Positions 59,740-64,000 of a stretch of 64,000 nt of DNA are shown piece by piece. The notes beneath the pieces are model-generated. The model had not been told where the DNA came from, searched no databases, and saw only the letters and a program-made list of their open reading frames with translations. The position numbers and the translations under genes are program-made. Position 1 is the stretch's first letter; each line of letters opens with the position of its first letter. Origin of the DNA: the human T2T-CHM13v2.0 reference genome, Homo sapiens; the NCBI RefSeq assembly GCF_009914755.1, contig NC_060941.1. One strand, given 5' to 3'.

Positions 59740-59970
59740 TCACTCTCTTCACTTCTCCATCCAGAGCCCCTCCTCCTCCATTTCCCCCCACCTTTGCCCC
59801 CTCCCCTCTGGTCCTACCCTCCTTTCTGTGTCTGCTTTGGGCTCCGTCCCTTTCCTCCTCCTTCTCCCCCTTCCTCCCCATCTTTCCTCTTAGTCCTCCT
59901 CCTCCCTCCCTCCTCCCACTCTCTCCTCCCTCCTCCCTGGCCTCTGGCCTGGGCCTTTCCATTCCTGGGT
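59740..59970. repeat. C/T-rich low-complexity tract
   Basis: direct reading. Confidence 0.75.
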
Positions 59971-62508
59971 TAAGGGAGGATAAAGGGGCCTCTTGCACTG
60001 AGGTTGCTACAGTATTTTCCTGGCTTCCACTCCCCCCTCTTCTCTCTCTCCCTCTCTCTCTCTGCCCCGTTGCCTGATTGACATTTACAAATTACCCAGC
60101 TGAAAGTGTTCAATCCCTGACCCGCCTGTTTCTGTTCAGCAATGAGTGAGATTTGCAAGCATTTTGTCATATAATTACTGCAAATCCCTTGAAAATTTCC
60201 ACAACAAGGCTAGATGAATGGTAATTTGGGGGCCTCCAGCCCCCAATCACCTCGACAAAAGAAATCTGAGGCCAGAAATGCAAACCAGCCCCCGATCCTT
60301 GGTATTTATTTATTTATTTATTTGGAGGGTCAGGAGGGACTCATTGGTCGTTTTGTTTATTTCCCCTAGAGATTTCTGAGGAAAACTTGAATGGTGCAGA
60401 CACATACTTCTCCACTTCCTCCTTGTACGCATGCTGTAAAATATTTGGATTGGGAGATTTATTTGCCTTACACGAGTGTATTTGTGCTGATTTTATTGTA
60501 TTGACTGGGTGCATTTTTTCTGCGTTCTACTACAGTTTTATTGTGTGCCAGTCGTGGGCATACATCACCCACATTGTTTTCCGCAAAAATTATGCCCCAT
60601 TTCACTGTGTCTTGATAGGACTTACTGCATTAGTACCTGAGTGCGGAGATTTGCTGCTGCTGTAGCTACCCTGCCACCTGGGGCCGCTCCATCTGGGCAG
60701 CACCAGGCACACTGGGCCACAGACACGGATACCTGGGTTTCCGTGGCCACCCCTGTGTCCCCTAATGTCTGGTAGTCTTGGCCCATAGACCTGGGGAGGG
60801 GGATGGACATGGTGGAGGGGACTGCAGTTGGCCATAGGGTCAGTGGTCCTGGGGAAGAGGGTGGAAGAGGGCACAGCTGAGCAGTGGGTTGAGGAGGACA
60901 TGGGGATCTGTTAATGTGTCTGCTTCCTGCCAGCATGTGAGGACGTCTCTACCCACAGGGATTCATTCCTGAGAAGCAGGCATGGGCCTTTCACAGTCTC
61001 TCCTAGGGACTTATAACTATGATGGAAACCATGAATTTCACACTTACCATGGGCAGGGGGTGTGGTGGATAGCACGGTTGTTCTCCCCATTTTACAGATG
61101 GGGAAATGGCGGCATGGAGAGACTTGCCCACTTGCCCTGGGTCACATCTTTAGGGAGGGGCAGGTGGGGATTGGAGTCCATGCTCCCCCGACCCCAGAAC
61201 CTGCTTTTTTCACCCCCTCAGGAAGAATAGGAGAAAGGAGGCAGGTAGTGAGGATGGTGATTTAAGGCAGAAGAGTTTAAAGCTGGAAAGGGTCTTAGAA
61301 ACCATCTCACTCACCTCCCTGAAAGATGGGGAAACTGAAGCCCTGGGGAGGTCAGCAATTTGCCCAAAGCCAAGCAGACTATGGGTGGTCAACTGAGCGA
61401 GCCTTATTTTCCTTCTTCTCCTGGGGCCATTTACAGGGTTGGGGTCTGGCTTTTGGGTATCTGTCTGGCTTATGTGGCTACTCCCTGGTGTAAGTTTCTG
61501 TGAATGTGTGTGTGAGGTTGTGTGTGTAAGAGTGTGTGTACGTGTGCATGTCAGGCAGAGTGTAGCACTGTGAGGGTGCCATGGCTGATTTGGTGGATGA
61601 GATGGATTGCCTGATGCAGGCCTGGGTCCCCGCTGCCCCTGAAGGTGGCAGTGAACTTGGCCTGTGGTCACCCCTCCAGGTTCTCTTGTCTGGTGGTTCC
61701 TGAAGTCGCCTTTCCTGTGACCACGTTTTATGGGGGGCTGGAAGATAGGTTTGGGACTGACCTGTTCCCAGGACTTCCCGAGTGACCCTCCCATGTATAG
61801 CCATTTGTCCCGGGTGATCAGTGAGTGCACGGGAAATGCAGTGGATTGATTTAAACATCTCAGCCCTTCCCCCTTTCCATATACTTTTTTATTTTTTAAG
61901 TCAAAGCTTATATAATTAAATTAAAGAAAATGTGTCTAATAATAAACTGTATTTCCTCATGGTAAAGTCCCATTTTTGAAGCAAGGTTGTAATATCATAT
62001 GTAGAAATGTTTTCCCTTGGGTATTAGCTGTCTCTTCCAGTTAATTGTTTCTATCATCACATCAGGAGCTTGTAAGGAAGGGGTGGGGAGGGGGCTGCGG
62101 TCCTGCCTCCTGCCTCAGCAGTGCCACCTCCAGGAGGATCCTCCAGAAGGAAGCTGCTCAGCATCAGAGGCTGGGCTTGTTTGAGGGTGTGGGGTCAGTC
62201 CCAGGCCCACGTGGCTCAGCTGCCTCGTGAGGGCAGCTCTGAACACAGACACCCCTGCAGGTGTGGCCAGGGAGGCCTCTGCTCCTTAACCAGCCCCACA
62301 GGCAGTAGCATGTGCCTGCCCTTTGGCACACACGTGCCTATGTGTGTGACCCACCCCCATGTGCACAGATGTGCTTGCACACACAGACATCACAAACCTG
62401 TAGGTGGACAAACTACCACATGCAGACACTACCTCACTTGTGTGCACAAATGCATGCAGACTTGTGCACACTGTAGGCACACTGCTGCACATGGGGTGTC
62501 GCAAGCTG

Positions 62509-62793
62509 ATTTTTTTTTTTTTTTGAGACAGAGTCTTGCTCTGTTGCCCAGGCTGGAGTGTAGTGGCGTGATCTCAGCTCACCACAACCTCCACCTCCCA
62601 GGCTCAAGCCATCCTCCCACCTCAGCCCCCTGAGTAGCAGGGGCACGCCACCGCACTAGCTAATTTTTGTATTTTTTGTAGAGATGGGGGTTCACCATGT
62701 TGCCCAGGCTGGTCTTGAACTCCTGGGCTCAAGAAATCTTCCCTCAGCCTCCCAAGGTGCTGGGATTACAGGCGTGAGCTACCGAGCCCAGCC
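62509..62793 (-). mobile_element. AluJ-like SINE
   Basis: antisense Alu. Confidence 0.92.
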
Positions 62794-63392
62794 ACAAACT
62801 GATTTTATATTTGTATAAATACCACTCTTTCCCTCCAATTGAAGTCAGCCTATGGCTTCAGAGTCAAGAGCCCAGGTTCCAGCTTTCTCCCAGTGTTAAT
62901 CTGTGTGAGCTGAGGCAACTCCACACCCTCTCTAGGCTGTGGGTCTCTCTCGTGGTAGAAGCTCTGATGGCCTCAAGTCTCTCTGAGTTCTACCTTCCCT
63001 TCTCGCGGTTATGGTCTTCTCACTCAGGGTTTCTTAGAAGGAGGCACGAAGGGGATCTCTCCTTCTTCCTGACCTCTAGCCCCTGCTTTGTCTCCTGGCA
63101 CTCAAGGTCCCCACGCTTCCTCTAACCACTTTCGGTCCAGAGGCCTTTCTTCACAATGCTAAGGTCCTGCAGTGTCCAGAGGCCATCGCAGTTCAGGCCA
63201 CAAATATGGGAAGCAGGCAGCGGTGAGCCGGTCATGGCTCTGCCCTCTTCTCAGCAAGCCTGGAATTTGGGTTTGCATGGAAAGCTTTAAGGAGTCTTCT
63301 GGGTAACCCCTGCAAATCCCAGACACCCTCTCCCTGCAGATCTCCATAGGCAATGGCAAAGATGGCTCATCCCAGCCAAACTGGAACCATAA

Positions 63393-63806
<414 letters not shown>

Positions 63807-64000
63807 TAACCCCAAGACCATCTGTCCCCGAGGACAAGGCTCCTGACTCAGTTTCCCCTGACAAAGCCAGAAATGGAAGTAGAAAGTTTTGAGACAGGTG
63901 TTTGTATTTGTGTCCTAGATGGATTTTCACAACATCTCATTCTTCACTCCCCCTAAATGAACACCCTCAATGGTGGGGGTTGGGAAGAAGGGGGAGAAGG

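Noticed and set aside
62320-62490. Alternating CA/TG segments with GTGCAC palindromes (also 45725-45775, 36228-36362)
   Set aside because: Degenerate microsatellite texture; nothing specific

Overview
Human (primate, Alu-rich) genomic DNA that I recognise as 17q12. The first ~23.3 kb holds three tightly packed + strand genes. These are the last four coding exons and 3'UTR of GGNBP2 (184-~4190), the complete 7-exon DHRS11 (CDS 6354-14547, splices to 260 aa) and the complete 5-exon MRM1 (CDS 16155-22763, splices to 353 aa). All junctions were rebuilt by hand and keep frame. MRM1 intron 1 needs a non-canonical GC donor and has almost no polypyrimidine tract. The remaining ~40 kb has no credible protein-coding gene. 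It contains Alu, MIR, L1, L2, MLT2 and DNA-transposon relics, short tandem repeats, a ~160-bp local duplication and several same-orientation CTCF-like motifs. It also has an orphan CpG island (~55.7-56.7 kb) and repeated AT-rich unique islands dense in homeodomain, FOX, GATA and PBX motifs. From general knowledge of the locus this is the start of the gene desert leading to LHX1 (outside the window), so these islands are candidate developmental enhancers behind a CTCF boundary; that part is inference. I see no evidence for a wholly new biological system. The best leads are splicing and initiation oddities of MRM1 and DHRS11 and the putative cis-regulatory architecture.
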